The position numbers and the translations under genes are program-made. This document shows, piece by piece, positions 1 to 13,398 of a stretch of 55,522 nucleotides of DNA. A model generated the notes under the pieces. That model made no database searches, was not told the origin of the DNA, and saw only the letters and a program-made list of their open reading frames with translations. Position 1 is the first letter of the stretch; each line of letters begins with the position of its first letter. Source of the DNA: an uncultured Ruficoccus sp. Lineage in GTDB: Bacteria; Verrucomicrobiota; Verrucomicrobiia; Opitutales; Cerasicoccaceae. The stretch is taken from contig OZ223498.1 in NCBI GenBank assembly GCA_965140785.1, positions 1 to 55,522 on the forward strand, in the 5' to 3' direction.

Positions 1-2280
1 CTGGCGGGGCCGGGAATGGGGGTAAGTCGGTCGCCCAGCGGTAGGTCTCGTTGGGTTTGAGCTTCAGGCTCAACTGCTGTGGGATGTAGTTGGGGGCTTC
101 GAGGGTAGCTTATAGTCTTCTCCTGCCGTCAGGGTGAAGCGCCGGGCATCTTTCAAGCGGAACGTCTTACTGTTGGCGGTGAGGGTGAGCGCGAGCCCGG
201 CCGGTTCAATCTCGAGGTTCACGACGCCGGGCTTGGGCTTCATATCCAGCGGGACGCGCAGGAGGGTGTTGTCGAGCAGTTGAAAGGTTTGCGAGGTGTC
301 GAGGTAATCCGGATGGCTGGCAATGAGCGTTACCTCGCCTTCGGGGATGTGGTCGAGGACGTTGGAGGTGCCCGGATAGGTATGCTCCCCGACGTGGTAG
401 GAGAGATCTTCGAGCAGCTTGCTGGTGGGGGCCGCTCCGTTGAAGGTCACTTGCGGCAGGACTTCACCCGAGCGTGGAGTGAGATCGCCGAAATCAAGCA
501 CGGTACGGGTATTGGGCTCCAGGGTGACGGCGAGCTTCTCGGTGCGGTAGCCGGGGCTTTCCAGAGTGACGACAAACTCCTCGCGCACGGGGAGTCCCTC
601 GATGGTGGAGTTGGTGACGCCGATTTCCTTGCCCTCGACATAAATGGTTGCGCCTTTGGGGTGGAGCGCACGCGCAGGGTGCCCGGCAGGGGCACGAGGG
701 GAAACTCCAGATTATTGTCTCCGCTTTCACCGAGCCGGAAGTTTTCCTTCTCCATCGGCATATAGTTTTCCTTTTCCAGACGCAGGGTATAGGTGCCGGC
801 ATAGAGCAACTGCGCGACCTGGATCAGGCCGTCGGCGTTTGCGGTTCCCAGGTCGTACATCCGCTGCGAGCTGTCAATGGCCACAGCGTGGGCTCCGGGC
901 GTCGTGATGATGTTGACATCGGCGAGCGCCGGTTCGAGCCGGATATTCAGGGTCTGCGGATCGCGGCCGACCTTAATGAGCTCATTTCGCGTTTTATAGT
1001 GGGGGGCACTGACGGTAAAGCGGTGCAGGCCCGGAACGATATTAAGGTCGAGGGTGCCGTCGCGGATATTGAAGCTCAGGTTTTGGCCGGAAAACTCGAG
1101 CAGAGCAGCCGGCGGAGTGGTTCGGATGCTCAGGCGGGGTTCTTTTCCGGCGGGCACACGTATGGCAATCGGGGTAGCGGGCGAGACGTCCTTACTGAAA
1201 GCCAGATCATAAAACATGGACGCCAGGTAAAGCCCCACGCAGCCGACCAGTCCGATCACCCCGAGGCGAAAGGCCCGGGTGGTTTTGAGGCCCCGGCGTT
1301 TGATCCGGCGTGGGACCGGGATGAAATCCATGTGACGGAACACCGAGCGGGTCTGTGCCGTGCCCGGATCCAGCGGGTCGCCCCGTCCCTGAATGTCTCC
1401 CCCGATTATTGAGATCCTCCAGCACGGCCCGGGCGGAGGCATAACGCTTGTTCGGGTCGCGTTCCAGGCAGTTGGCCAGGAGGATGTCCCAGCTTTTGTC
1501 GATTTCCGGATTGAGTTCGCTGGGGGGGGTGTAGTGATAGCCGGGTTTCTGGCCGGTAAGCAGCCAATAGGCGCTGATGCCGAAGGCGTAAATGTCCGAG
1601 CGCTCGTCGCCCGGTTTACCCAGGCGGGCTTCGGGGGAGAGAATATCGAGCGTGTTGATGCGGATACGGCGGGTGCCCAGGGAAATCGGGGGGGATGCCA
1701 GCCGAGACCAGCGTCCTCGAACAGCTCCTTGCCCGCCATGGTCATCAGCCCCAGTTCGGCCAGCTTGATCTGCCCGTCGCTGTTGCGGAGGATATTTGTC
1801 GGGTTGAGATTGAGGTGGAGAACCTTGTTGGCATGGGCATAGCTCAGCCCCTCCAGCACCTGCCGCAGAATCTCCTGTACTTCATCCTGCGGAAGTCCGA
1901 TTGGCATGTCTGCCAGCAGATCGTCCTTTTCCTTTTCGGCGGCAGGCTTGGACTGGTGTTTCTCAATCGCGTATTGCTCCAGATAGTCGGCGAGGGTTTT
2001 GCGCGTCAAAGGCCTCATGGAAGATGGTGAAGCGGTCTTTGATGATATCCGCCGTGTCGACTTTGAGCAGGTTGGGGTGGTCCAACTGCATCAGCCGCGT
2101 GGTCTGGTGAAAGAAACGCTCGCGGAACTGTGTGTCGTTCTGGACCAGCGGCGGCAGCACAAAGAGCGAGCGCACTTCTTTGACCCGGGCTCGGCGGACC
2201 CGGTAGAGGCTGCCCATCAGGTCGTAAGTCAGGCACCGCAGCACTTGGTAATCGCCAAATTTCTCGCCCGGTGTCAGCAC
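1..2280 (-). CDS. Membrane-anchored Hanks-type Ser/Thr kinase-like (probably pseudokinase) protein with PEGA repeats; frameshifted, runs off the left edge
   Basis: ORF pieces 1963-2280, 447-2018 and 70-588 join into a kinase fold (RFFHQTTRLMQLDHPNLL; LEGLSYAHANKVLH; SPE and SDIYAFG in a shifted frame). A TM helix (LGVIGLVGCVGLYLASMFY) and PEGA-like repeats (LSIRTTPPAA, GTYTLRLEKENY, GTLRVRSTP) follow. Several frame changes. Confidence 0.75.
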
Positions 2281-2401
2281 CTCATAGCCCCGTCCCGGGG
2301 CGGATTAATAGAGGAGGCGGAATCGGCGGGAAGGACAGCCATGGAGGGTGTGAGTCAGGCGCTGGAAACAGTCTGAAAACTGTTGGAGGGCGTAGAAAAG
2401 G

Positions 2402-2704
2402 TCAAGGCTTGAGGGTATCGGGCGCGGCGGTGTCTTTACCGGCCACCTTGTGGTAGGTGCCGCTTAGTTTGTCGCGCTCGTACTTGGTAAAGCCGGCTTT
2501 TTCCACATTCTCATTGCTCAGTTTGTTGCGGGTGGCGCCGGGTGAGTATTTCGAGCCCAGGTTGGGGGGGAGATAGACACGGCGCACCGGCTGACGCGTT
2601 TGTGGATGGTGTGTCAGCGCAGGATCGCTCGTCGGCTGTTCGATCTCAAAGCGCTCACCTTCGCCGTTATCACTGGTAATGACCTCGTAAACGTACACTG
2701 GCAT
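2402..2704 (-). CDS. FmdB-family (zinc-ribbon-like) small protein, Cys-less variant
   Basis: MPVYVYE...GERFEIEQPTSDPALTHHP...PVRRV matches the FmdB N-terminal pattern. Start placed at ATG 2704. Confidence 0.7.
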   Translation of the reverse strand: MPVYVYEVITSDNGEGERFEIEQPTSDPALTHHPQTRQPVRRVYLPPNLGSKYSPGATRNKLSNENVEKAGFTKYERDKLSGTYHKVAGKDTAAPDTLKP

Positions 2705-2975
2705 ACCCTCGAACATATTCATTCTTGACGAATGGAAATACCCCTTTTTACAATTGAGGAGATTTCCTTACTGTTTTCGATACAACGGCATATGTATTAT
2801 ATTCTAAAAATACCCCTATTTTATGGGTGGAAAGATATTGAGGTAACTGTAACCTTGTCAGCATCGGTTAGCTGGTATTAATAGCCGGACATGGGTGAGA
2901 TGAATCAGGTCGTCAAAAGAGGGGCGACTACTCCCACCGCTGCACCGTGGCAGGTCTCTGGAGGGCCGGCACTGA

Positions 2976-5982
<3,007 letters not shown>

Positions 5983-6054
5983 GGAGATTTTGAATACACG
6001 GAAAGCGGCGGGCATTCTGCACGCGGCAGATCCGGGCCCGTTTTCTTCCAGCCG

Positions 6055-6630
6055 TTACTTTTGCTCTTTAAGAAAGTCCCGCGTGGCGCGGCGCAGGCGT
6101 CGGATCTTGGATTCGAGCGGGCGCAGGACCTTCGGGTGCATGCGGTCGATGAAGAGCACTCCTTGCAGGTGGTCGTACTCGTGCTGGATGACGCGGGCAA
6201 AGAGCCCGTCGCAGGTGATCTCATGCGGGTTGCCCTCCACATCCTGAAAGCGCATGCGCAGGCGGGTGGGGCGGTCGACATTGCCGCGGATGCCAGGGAA
6301 GGACAGGCAGCCCTCCTCGTAGCCGGCGTCGTCACCGGCCAGTTCGAGCTTGGGGTTGACGACGGCCAGCGGCATGATCAACTCCAGCGGCGGCTGCTTA
6401 CCGTCGTAGAGAAAGTCAGGCTGAGGTTCATCCGGGTAGTCGGGCAGCTCCATGACGAAAAGCTGGATCGCCTTGCCCACCTGCTGGGCGGCCAGTCCGA
6501 TCCCCTCCGCCGCGTGCATGGTCTCGACCATGTCGTCGGCGAGCTTGCGCAGCTCGTCGTTGAACTCCGTGACCGGGGCTCCTTTTTCCTTCAGGACCGG
6601 TTCGCCGTACTGGGTGACGCGTAATACCAT
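6055..6630 (-). CDS. def: Peptide deformylase
   Basis: Motifs GIGLAAQQ, EGCLS and QHEYDHLQG. Start at MVLRVTQYGEP. Confidence 0.95.
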   Translation of the reverse strand: MVLRVTQYGEPVLKEKGAPVTEFNDELRKLADDMVETMHAAEGIGLAAQQVGKAIQLFVMELPDYPDEPQPDFLYDGKQPPLELIMPLAVVNPKLELAGDDAGYEEGCLSFPGIRGNVDRPTRLRMRFQDVEGNPHEITCDGLFARVIQHEYDHLQGVLFIDRMHPKVLRPLESKIRRLRRATRDFLKEQK

Positions 6631-6823
6631 GGAACCGTCACTAAAACGCCCTCTGCCCTCAATGGAAACCCGAAAATGCAACAGGACCGTGTCCTGCACC
6701 TGTGAAGCTGCGTTTCACTGAGGGGGCCTTGCCCCCTGCGCCGCCGGAAAGGCGGCTACCCCGGAACAACACAACGGGTATTTGTACTGTGAATCACGAG
6801 CAGTTGTTGTTCTATTGCCGGAT

Positions 6824-6970
6824 GGCATGCCCCGTATCGAAAGAGCAGAGCCCGGCTGAGCAGGCATGACTGGGGGCAGTGGTAACGCTGCTTCGGGGCA
6901 GGAGCCTTTCTGGCTCCGATGGGGGCCGAGCCCCGTTTCGGTGCGCAGCACCGAGGGTGCGGGGCATGTC
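6824..6970 (+). other. Highly structured intergenic element (candidate ncRNA or palindromic repeat)
   Basis: 6824-6838 pairs with 6956-6970 (15 bp, three G-U on the + strand) and encloses several hairpins, one with a GUAA tetraloop. Confidence 0.4.
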
Positions 6971-6974
6971 CGAC

Positions 6975-9215
6975 TTAGGTTTTGAAGCGGGAGATTTCGC
7001 TCTGGAGGATGTCGGCGCTGCGGCGGAGGTTGTCGAGCATGCGGTGGCTTTCGCGGACGGCGGCGGCGGTCTGCTGAGCCGAGGAGCTGAGGGCGGCCAT
7101 GGCCTCGTTGATCTGGCTGGCTCCGGCGGACTGCGACTGCATGCCCTCCAGAATCTGGTCGAAGCGCGGGGGCAAGCCCTGGACCTGCTGGATGACCTCG
7201 GTCAGGCGCTGGCCGATGCCGGTGATCTCCTGCACGCTGGTCTCCACCTTGCGCGAAAAGACGCTCATGCTCTCGACGCCGGTGCCGACGGCCTGAAGCA
7301 TGTCCTTGACGCTGGACTCGATCTCCAGGGTGGAAACGGCGGCCTGGTCGGCCAAGCGGCGGATTTCGGTCGCCACGACGGAGAAGCCGCGCCCGGCCTC
7401 GCCGGCCTTCCGGGCTTCGATGGAGGCATTGAGGGAAAGGAGGTTGGTCTGGTCGGCCACCTTGGTCATGGTCAGGATGATGCCGCTGATGGCGGTAGCC
7501 TTGGTCTGGATAAGGTTGAGCTGGTCGGAGACCTCAGAGTTGGAGGACTGGAGCTCGCCCATGGAGTCCTGCAACTGCTGGAGCAGGTCGAGGTCGGCCT
7601 CGGCGCCAACGGCCACCTGCTGGGTGATGTCGTTGACCTTGCGCATAGTGTTGGTCAGCTCCCGGGCGGTGGTGGAAATCTCCTTGGCCGTGGCGTTGAC
7701 CTCGACTGAGGAGGTGCCGGTCTGCTCGGCGGTGGTGACCTGCTGGCGGGTGGAGGTGGCGATGTGCTGGGCGGTCTTGGAAATCTCGCCCCCGGCGATT
7801 TTCACCTTGCCGATGAGGGATTTCAAGCTGGCGGCCATGCTGCGGGTGGACTTGGCGAGCTGCCCGATCTCGTTGCGGGTGCGACAGGAAATGCTGCCGG
7901 TCAGGTCGCCCTCGGCGATGCGGTTGGATGCCTGGGTGAGGTTGAGAATGGGCCGGGTGATGCCCCGGGCCAGCAAGATGGCCGCGATGATGACGATGAT
8001 GGCCGTCACGCCCCCGACCCAGAAGGAAATCGTGGCCAGTCGCATGACGGGCGCGAAGACCTCGCCCTTGTCGATCTTGATGACCAGGCCCATGCGCAGG
8101 TTGGGCAGGTATTTCCAGCCGGCGAGGACCTCCTTGCCGCGGTAGTCGGTGGTGAGGCCGCCGCCGCTCTCGCCGCGCACCGCCCGCTGCACGGGCATAA
8201 GGTCGTGGTCCTGTCCGGGCGCGTAGGGCACAGTGAAGTTGAAAGCCGCGTCGCTGCTGTAGCGCGGGTCGTTGAGGAAGAGGATTTTGTCCCCCTCGCG
8301 GGAGGCCAGGATGATGTCGCCGCTTTCGCTGATGCCGCCGTAGTTGTTGACCGCGGCGTAGATGTCATCGTTTTTGGGCGCGAGAATGACGACACCGAGG
8401 TACTTGCCTTCGTGCAGCACGGGCGCGCTGAGGTAGAGGGCGGGCTTGCCGATGGCCGGGTCGAGCCGGAAGTCCCCGGCCTGCGGGGTCATCATGCGCT
8501 CGGTGCGCATGAACAGCTGCGTCAGCTCGCTGGTAACATTCTCCTCGGAAAGCAGGTCCTGGTGATTCTCCGGCAGGTCGGGCAGGGAAAAGATGATTTT
8601 GCCCTCCGGGCTGACGAGGTAGAGCCGGTCAAAGCCGAGCTTGCTGACAAGCTTTTGCAGGCCCGGCTTGTGGATTTTCTTCAACTCCTGCAAGGAAGGG
8701 CGGGCCGGCGCGGAATCCGCAACGGGCGGCTGTGTCCGGGGGGAAGGTTGTGTCCGGGCGGGCGGCTGCCTCCTGTCAGGGGACTGCCCCGGGGACGAAG
8801 CGCCTGCCGCTGCCGTCGCCTCGGCCCCGTCTTTTTCCCGCTCGGCCTGCTCCAGCGTCAGCCAGACGCCAGGGCTCATGGCCACCAGCGAGGTGATGTT
8901 CTGCATCTCGAACAGGTAGGTGCGGATGCTGTCGATCTGCCGGGCCGCGATGGCCTCCAGGTACTGGGACTCGGTCTGGATCAGGGTCTCCTTCGCGATG
9001 AGGAAATTGACGGTGGCGACAATGGCCAGAGGCAGGAGCGAAATGAGGAGGAAATACGCCATCATCTGCCGCCCCAGGCGGCTGCGTTCGGGCCGCTGCT
9101 CATCCGGCGGTGGCCCGCCTCGTGTGCTCCGTGTGCCGCCTTTGGCCGACGCAGCGGCCTGCGCCGAGCGGGAGCCGGAGGTGCCGAGGGGGAAGGGATT
9201 GTCCGCTTGGGCCAT
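6975..9215 (-). CDS. Methyl-accepting chemotaxis protein (Cache-type sensor, HAMP, MCP signalling domain)
   Basis: Two TM helices, HAMP ([20 protein letters not shown]...NEIGQL) and hairpin tip [27 protein letters not shown]. Confidence 0.93.
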   Translation of the reverse strand: MAQADNPFPLGTSGSRSAQAAASAKGGTRSTRGGPPPDEQRPERSRLGRQMMAYFLLISLLPLAIVATVNFLIAKETLIQTESQYLEAIAARQIDSIRTYLFEMQNITSLVAMSPGVWLTLEQAEREKDGAEATAAAGASSPGQSPDRRQPPARTQPSPRTQPPVADSAPARPSLQELKKIHKPGLQKLVSKLGFDRLYLVSPEGKIIFSLPDLPENHQDLLSEENVTSELTQLFMRTERMMTPQAGDFRLDPAIGKPALYLSAPVLHEGKYLGVVILAPKNDDIYAAVNNYGGISESGDIILASREGDKILFLNDPRYSSDAAFNFTVPYAPGQDHDLMPVQRAVRGESGGGLTTDYRGKEVLAGWKYLPNLRMGLVIKIDKGEVFAPVMRLATISFWVGGVTAIIVIIAAILLARGITRPILNLTQASNRIAEGDLTGSISCRTRNEIGQLAKSTRSMAASLKSLIGKVKIAGGEISKTAQHIATSTRQQVTTAEQTGTSSVEVNATAKEISTTARELTNTMRKVNDITQQVAVGAEADLDLLQQLQDSMGELQSSNSEVSDQLNLIQTKATAISGIILTMTKVADQTNLLSLNASIEARKAGEAGRGFSVVATEIRRLADQAAVSTLEIESSVKDMLQAVGTGVESMSVFSRKVETSVQEITGIGQRLTEVIQQVQGLPPRFDQILEGMQSQSAGASQINEAMAALSSSAQQTAAAVRESHRMLDNLRRSADILQSEISRFKT

Positions 9216-9227
9216 GGGTGGGTTGCG

Positions 9228-10172
9228 TCAGTGAGAGTTACGGGTGGAAGGAGCGGGCGCGGTCGCCTCGCCGGTATCGGTGGGGGCGTTAGTCCCGGAG
9301 CTGACGTCCTCGCCGCTTGGGCCGAAGAGGCTTTCCCGGTCGCCCTGGGCGGCGGTAGCAGACGAATGGACTTGAGGGGCCCGGGACGCTGAAAGCGGGG
9401 ACTGGACGTAGCTGTCGTAGCGGCCTTTTTCAATCTGAGAAATCAAGGCCGCATAGGTGAGGGGCATGACAATGCAGCCGCGCATGGTGGCAAAGGTGTC
9501 TGTTGTGTTCTGGACCGAGTCTTTCAGCATCTGGTAGCGCACGGGATCGAGGGTGTAAAAGCCGACCAGCGCATAGGCTCGCTGGGCAGGCGTCCCGTTC
9601 GCGGCCCACCGGTCGAAGCCGGCCAGTGGGGCGTCGGAGGTATAAATTTCGCGGAATTGAAGCTCACCGTTTGAGGTTTGGCCTCCGATGCCGATCCCGC
9701 CGAAAGCGAAGACATCGATAATATCCTCGGGGAAGTGCTTCGCCCGCGCGGCTTCGGGCAGGAGGGGCTTGACCACGGAGTCGTATTTGCCGTCCTCGAT
9801 GCTTTCGAACAACTGCTCATGGTTCATCGAGCCGACGAGGCAACCGCTCATGGTGGGGACTTGCAGGTGGCCCGCGGCGAAGTCCTTCTTCATCGCTGCG
9901 TAGCGGTCAGCGTCGAGATAGTAGAAGGCGACCATGGCGTAGGCTTTGCCGACGCTGCCGCCCTTCTCGGCCCACTCGGCGAAGCCGTCCGCCGGGTCGT
10001 CGGTGGCGAATATCTCCCGGAACTTCAACTCGCCCGGCGAGGTCGCCCCGGCGAAGCCCACGCCGCCGAAGGCGAACATGCCCGGCTGGCCTCCCTCGAT
10101 GCCGACGGCCGTCCCTGCCGCTGTCAGCAGCAGGCAGAAGGAGAGGAGAAAACGCTTGGGTAGCGGTGGCAT
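9228..10172 (-). CDS. Secreted hypothetical protein with two tandem copies of an uncharacterised ~115-aa domain
   Basis: Signal peptide; repeats FAFGGVGFAGATSPGELKFREI...TMSGC...IEDGKYDS and FAFGGIGIGGQTSNGELQFREI...TMRGC...IEKGRYDS. Confidence 0.8.
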   Translation of the reverse strand: MPPLPKRFLLSFCLLLTAAGTAVGIEGGQPGMFAFGGVGFAGATSPGELKFREIFATDDPADGFAEWAEKGGSVGKAYAMVAFYYLDADRYAAMKKDFAAGHLQVPTMSGCLVGSMNHEQLFESIEDGKYDSVVKPLLPEAARAKHFPEDIIDVFAFGGIGIGGQTSNGELQFREIYTSDAPLAGFDRWAANGTPAQRAYALVGFYTLDPVRYQMLKDSVQNTTDTFATMRGCIVMPLTYAALISQIEKGRYDSYVQSPLSASRAPQVHSSATAAQGDRESLFGPSGEDVSSGTNAPTDTGEATAPAPSTRNSH

Positions 10173-10211
10173 GGCGAGGGATGTCGGGGAGATTTGGGTT
10201 ACGGAAAGGAA

Positions 10212-11507
10212 TCAGCGCGGGGCGGTCCAGGAGCCGCCCCACTGGCGGTTGAGTTGCTTGATAAAGGCTTCCCACTCGTCCTTGCCGCGGAAGACCGGGT
10301 AGGGCTCGGGGCGGACGGGGATGTCGCTCTCCCAGACGATGTCGAAGTTGCCGTCGGGCTGGATCTGCCCGATGCGGACGGTCTTGAACAGGTGCTGGTT
10401 CTGCGGGTGGACGAAGACCATGCCCTCGGGCGCTTGCAGGCTCTGGGTGGAGAGGAACTGCCGGGCGGCCTCCGGATCGTAAAAGTGGTCGAAGGTCTTG
10501 ATCTCGGATTCGCGGGCCTCGGCCAGGGCCTTGGCCCAGAGGAGGACGCCGTCGTAGGCGGCCTCCATCGGGTCGGAGGTGTTGGCGTCCTCGCCGTAGT
10601 AGCTGTGGATTTTTTCGACGAAAGCGCGGTTGGCGGGACTGTCGATGCTCTGGAAGTAGTTCCAGGACGCATAGTCGCCGACCATGTCGCGCACCCCGGC
10701 CTCGCGCAGCTCGTTCTCGCCGATGCTGAAGGAGAGGGTGGGGATGTCCTTGGCGGTGATTCCGGCCTCGCGCAGCTTGCGGAAAAACAGGGTGTTGAGG
10801 CTGCCGTTGAGGGTATTGAGGATGACGTCGGGGTGCGTCTCCTTGATCTGGGCGATGACGGCGTCCAGCTCACCCTCGCGCAGTTGCTGGCCGGAGAGGG
10901 GCAGGTAAACCTCGCCCACGGCCTCGGCCCCGAAAGCTTTTAGCTGGTCCTGGATGATGGCGTTGGCGGTGTGGGGAAAGATGTAGTCCGAGCCCACGAG
11001 AAAGAACCGGTCGCCGAGGTTTTCCATCGCCCAGTGCACGGCGGGGATGATCTGCTGGTTGGGAGCGGCTCCGAGGTAAACGATGTTGGGCGAGCTCTCG
11101 ATGCCCTCGTACTGGACCGGGTAGAAGAGCAGGCTGTCGTACTGCTCGACCACGGTTTTGACGGCTTTGCGGCTGGCCGAGGTCCAGCAGCCGAAGATCG
11201 CCACCACGTCCTCCTCGGTGATGAGGCGCTCGGCCTCGCGGGCGAAGGTCGCCGGGTCGGAACGCCCGTCGGCGACCTCGTACTCGACCTTTACGCCGGG
11301 GATGAGGTGTTGCTGGTTGACCTCGTCGATGGCCAGGATGGTGGCGTCGATGACGGGTTTCTCCGAAGCGGCCAGCGGCCCGCTCTGCGAGTGCAGGATG
11401 CCGACCTTGATTACCTGGCGCTTGTCGGCATCGCGGTCACATCCGCTCATCCCAAGGATGAGTACGCCCATCATGAACCCCGCCAGCACCTGTCGCACGC
11501 CTATCAT
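10212..11507 (-). CDS. UrtA/AmiC-family urea/short-chain amide substrate-binding lipoprotein
   Basis: IKVGILHSQSG, FGCWTSASRKAV, YPVQYEG, GAAPNQQ, VGSDYIFP; lipobox-like MSGC. Start taken at Met31 of the ORF. Confidence 0.88.
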   Translation of the reverse strand: MIGVRQVLAGFMMGVLILGMSGCDRDADKRQVIKVGILHSQSGPLAASEKPVIDATILAIDEVNQQHLIPGVKVEYEVADGRSDPATFAREAERLITEEDVVAIFGCWTSASRKAVKTVVEQYDSLLFYPVQYEGIESSPNIVYLGAAPNQQIIPAVHWAMENLGDRFFLVGSDYIFPHTANAIIQDQLKAFGAEAVGEVYLPLSGQQLREGELDAVIAQIKETHPDVILNTLNGSLNTLFFRKLREAGITAKDIPTLSFSIGENELREAGVRDMVGDYASWNYFQSIDSPANRAFVEKIHSYYGEDANTSDPMEAAYDGVLLWAKALAEARESEIKTFDHFYDPEAARQFLSTQSLQAPEGMVFVHPQNQHLFKTVRIGQIQPDGNFDIVWESDIPVRPEPYPVFRGKDEWEAFIKQLNRQWGGSWTAPR

Positions 11508-11727
11508 CTGGCCCCCGATTGTCCGCAAAAGCCGCTCTGTATCAACCTTTTTTGCGGGGGTGTCGGCGGCAGAGGGAAAGGCCTCAGCCGGGAACAAGGC
11601 CCGGATTTCACTTTCTAGATGATCGGACTTTGCTAATGTTACGGGCGTGTGCTAGGAGGATGGCTTTTGTCGGGCAGTTTAAACGCTGTGTTGCCCGCCT
11701 TCCTGCTGATCCGCCCAAACTGCTTTC

Positions 11728-13398
11728 ATGAAAATCCTGGCCTTCGTCTCGCTCATTCTCGCCCTGCTGCTGGCGCTGGCGGGGTTGGTGGTGCCGGTGC
11801 AGTTCGGCTCGGTTTCGGCGGTGTGGCTGGAAGCGTCCGGGCGGGCTGCCGCCGGGCAGACGCTGGAGGACGAGGCGCGGGCCTACCTCGACCTCGGCAA
11901 GACCGGACCGGCCCAGGTGCTGATGGAGGCCGACCGGCAGGCGCGGGAGCTGAACGCCCTGCCGCCGCGGGAGTCGGACCTGCCCGCCGAGATCGCCGCC
12001 TACCGCGAGGAGCATCCGCAACTGGCCTACGTGGGCGGGCCGGACCCGTTTTTCGAGCAATTTTTAAAGCTGATTAAAACTCCCGAGGAGCCGGAGGGTC
12101 CGGTCACGGTCAACGCCCTGCTCATCCCCGGGCGCAACCGGGCCGAGCTGCTGGGCTTTTTGGAAAACTCCAGCAACGGCACCGTCCTCAAGCTGCTCGA
12201 GACACGCGGGCTGACCACGGTGACGCGCTTCATGCCGGTCTCGGCCCCCGCCGGGGCTCCGCTCGACAGCGCCATCCTGACCGCGGCCCTGCTGATTCAG
12301 GGGGAGGACTTTACGCCGGAGACGGTGCGCGCCGTCCGCGGCCTGGCCACCGGATCGCTGGCGGGTAACGGCCCCGCCGTGGACAAGCTGGAGGCCTTTT
12401 ACCTCTCCGTGCTCGGCTCGGCCGGGCGCATGGACTGGGTCACGCTGGCCGAGTGGACCACCCACGCCGGTTCCTGGACCGACCTGGTGGCCCTGACCAC
12501 GCTTTTACGTCAAAACACCGGCCACCTGCCGCTCATTTACGCGGCGGTGCTGCTCTCGGACGACCCGCGTTCTGTGATCGATTACCTGGGCGAGCCGGAC
12601 GAAGCCACCTGGCGCGACCTCGGGCTGGCACTGGCCAATGGCAAGCCCGCCCTCGACGCCGTGCTGGAGTCGGGGCGACCTGTTTACCACCCGCCGGCCT
12701 GGCTGGCCCCGCTGATGGAGCGCATCCCGCCCGACGCGGTTGACCTGGCCTGTAGCTACCCCGCCGCCGCCCTCGCACTCAAGCTCGCGCTGTTTTTCCT
12801 CGCCGGGTTTTTCCTGGCCATGTGCCTGAAGCGCCTGCTGGCCGGACAGGCCATGCGTGAAGCCCGCCGCCGGGGGCTGCTCTCGGTGCTGGTGGACGTG
12901 GGCCTGGGGGGCATGCTCGTGCTCATCCTCGTGCTCGTCTCCGAGCCGAACCTGATGGCCCAGCCGGTGTCCGAACCGGGCAAGAACTTTTTGGAGTTTG
13001 AATTCACCAATCCCGTCGACATTATCAACGAACAAGCCATGGATATCGCACAACTCGACCAGATCACCCTGCTGGTGCTGCTGATTTTCTTCGTCCTGCA
13101 ACTGCTCATCTACTCGGTCTGCCTGATCAAGCTGGCCCAGGTGCGCAGCTCGCCCGTGCCCGCCGCGATGAAGCTCAAGCTGCTCGAAAACGAGGAAAAC
13201 CTCTTCGACACCGGGCTCTATGTCGGCCTGACCGGGACCATCGTCTCCCTGCTCATGCTGGCCATGGGCATCGTGCAGGCCAGCCTCGTGGCCGCCTACG
13301 CCTCGACCCTGTTCGGGATCATCTTCGTGGCCATGCTGAAGATATTCAACGTCCGCCCCCTGCGCCGCAAACTCATCCTCGAAGCCGGCCTGCGCTGA
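11728..13398 (+). CDS. Membrane protein with C-terminal MotA/TolQ/ExbB-like ion-channel module and large N-terminal extracytoplasmic domain
   Basis: Last three TM segments carry GLYVGLTGTIVSL and AAYASTLFG, matching the GLxGT and A..xTxxG helices of MotA/ExbB/TolQ. Confidence 0.65.
   Translation: MKILAFVSLILALLLALAGLVVPVQFGSVSAVWLEASGRAAAGQTLEDEARAYLDLGKTGPAQVLMEADRQARELNALPPRESDLPAEIAAYREEHPQLAYVGGPDPFFEQFLKLIKTPEEPEGPVTVNALLIPGRNRAELLGFLENSSNGTVLKLLETRGLTTVTRFMPVSAPAGAPLDSAILTAALLIQGEDFTPETVRAVRGLATGSLAGNGPAVDKLEAFYLSVLGSAGRMDWVTLAEWTTHAGSWTDLVALTTLLRQNTGHLPLIYAAVLLSDDPRSVIDYLGEPDEATWRDLGLALANGKPALDAVLESGRPVYHPPAWLAPLMERIPPDAVDLACSYPAAALALKLALFFLAGFFLAMCLKRLLAGQAMREARRRGLLSVLVDVGLGGMLVLILVLVSEPNLMAQPVSEPGKNFLEFEFTNPVDIINEQAMDIAQLDQITLLVLLIFFVLQLLIYSVCLIKLAQVRSSPVPAAMKLKLLENEENLFDTGLYVGLTGTIVSLLMLAMGIVQASLVAAYASTLFGIIFVAMLKIFNVRPLRRKLILEAGLR

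Noticed and set aside
7764..9392. Long antisense or overlapping ORFs (e.g. 7764-9392, 16448-17896, 25039-26601, 26775-28445)
   Set aside because: Shadow frames of real GC-rich genes; Arg/Pro/Gly-rich translations with no motifs.
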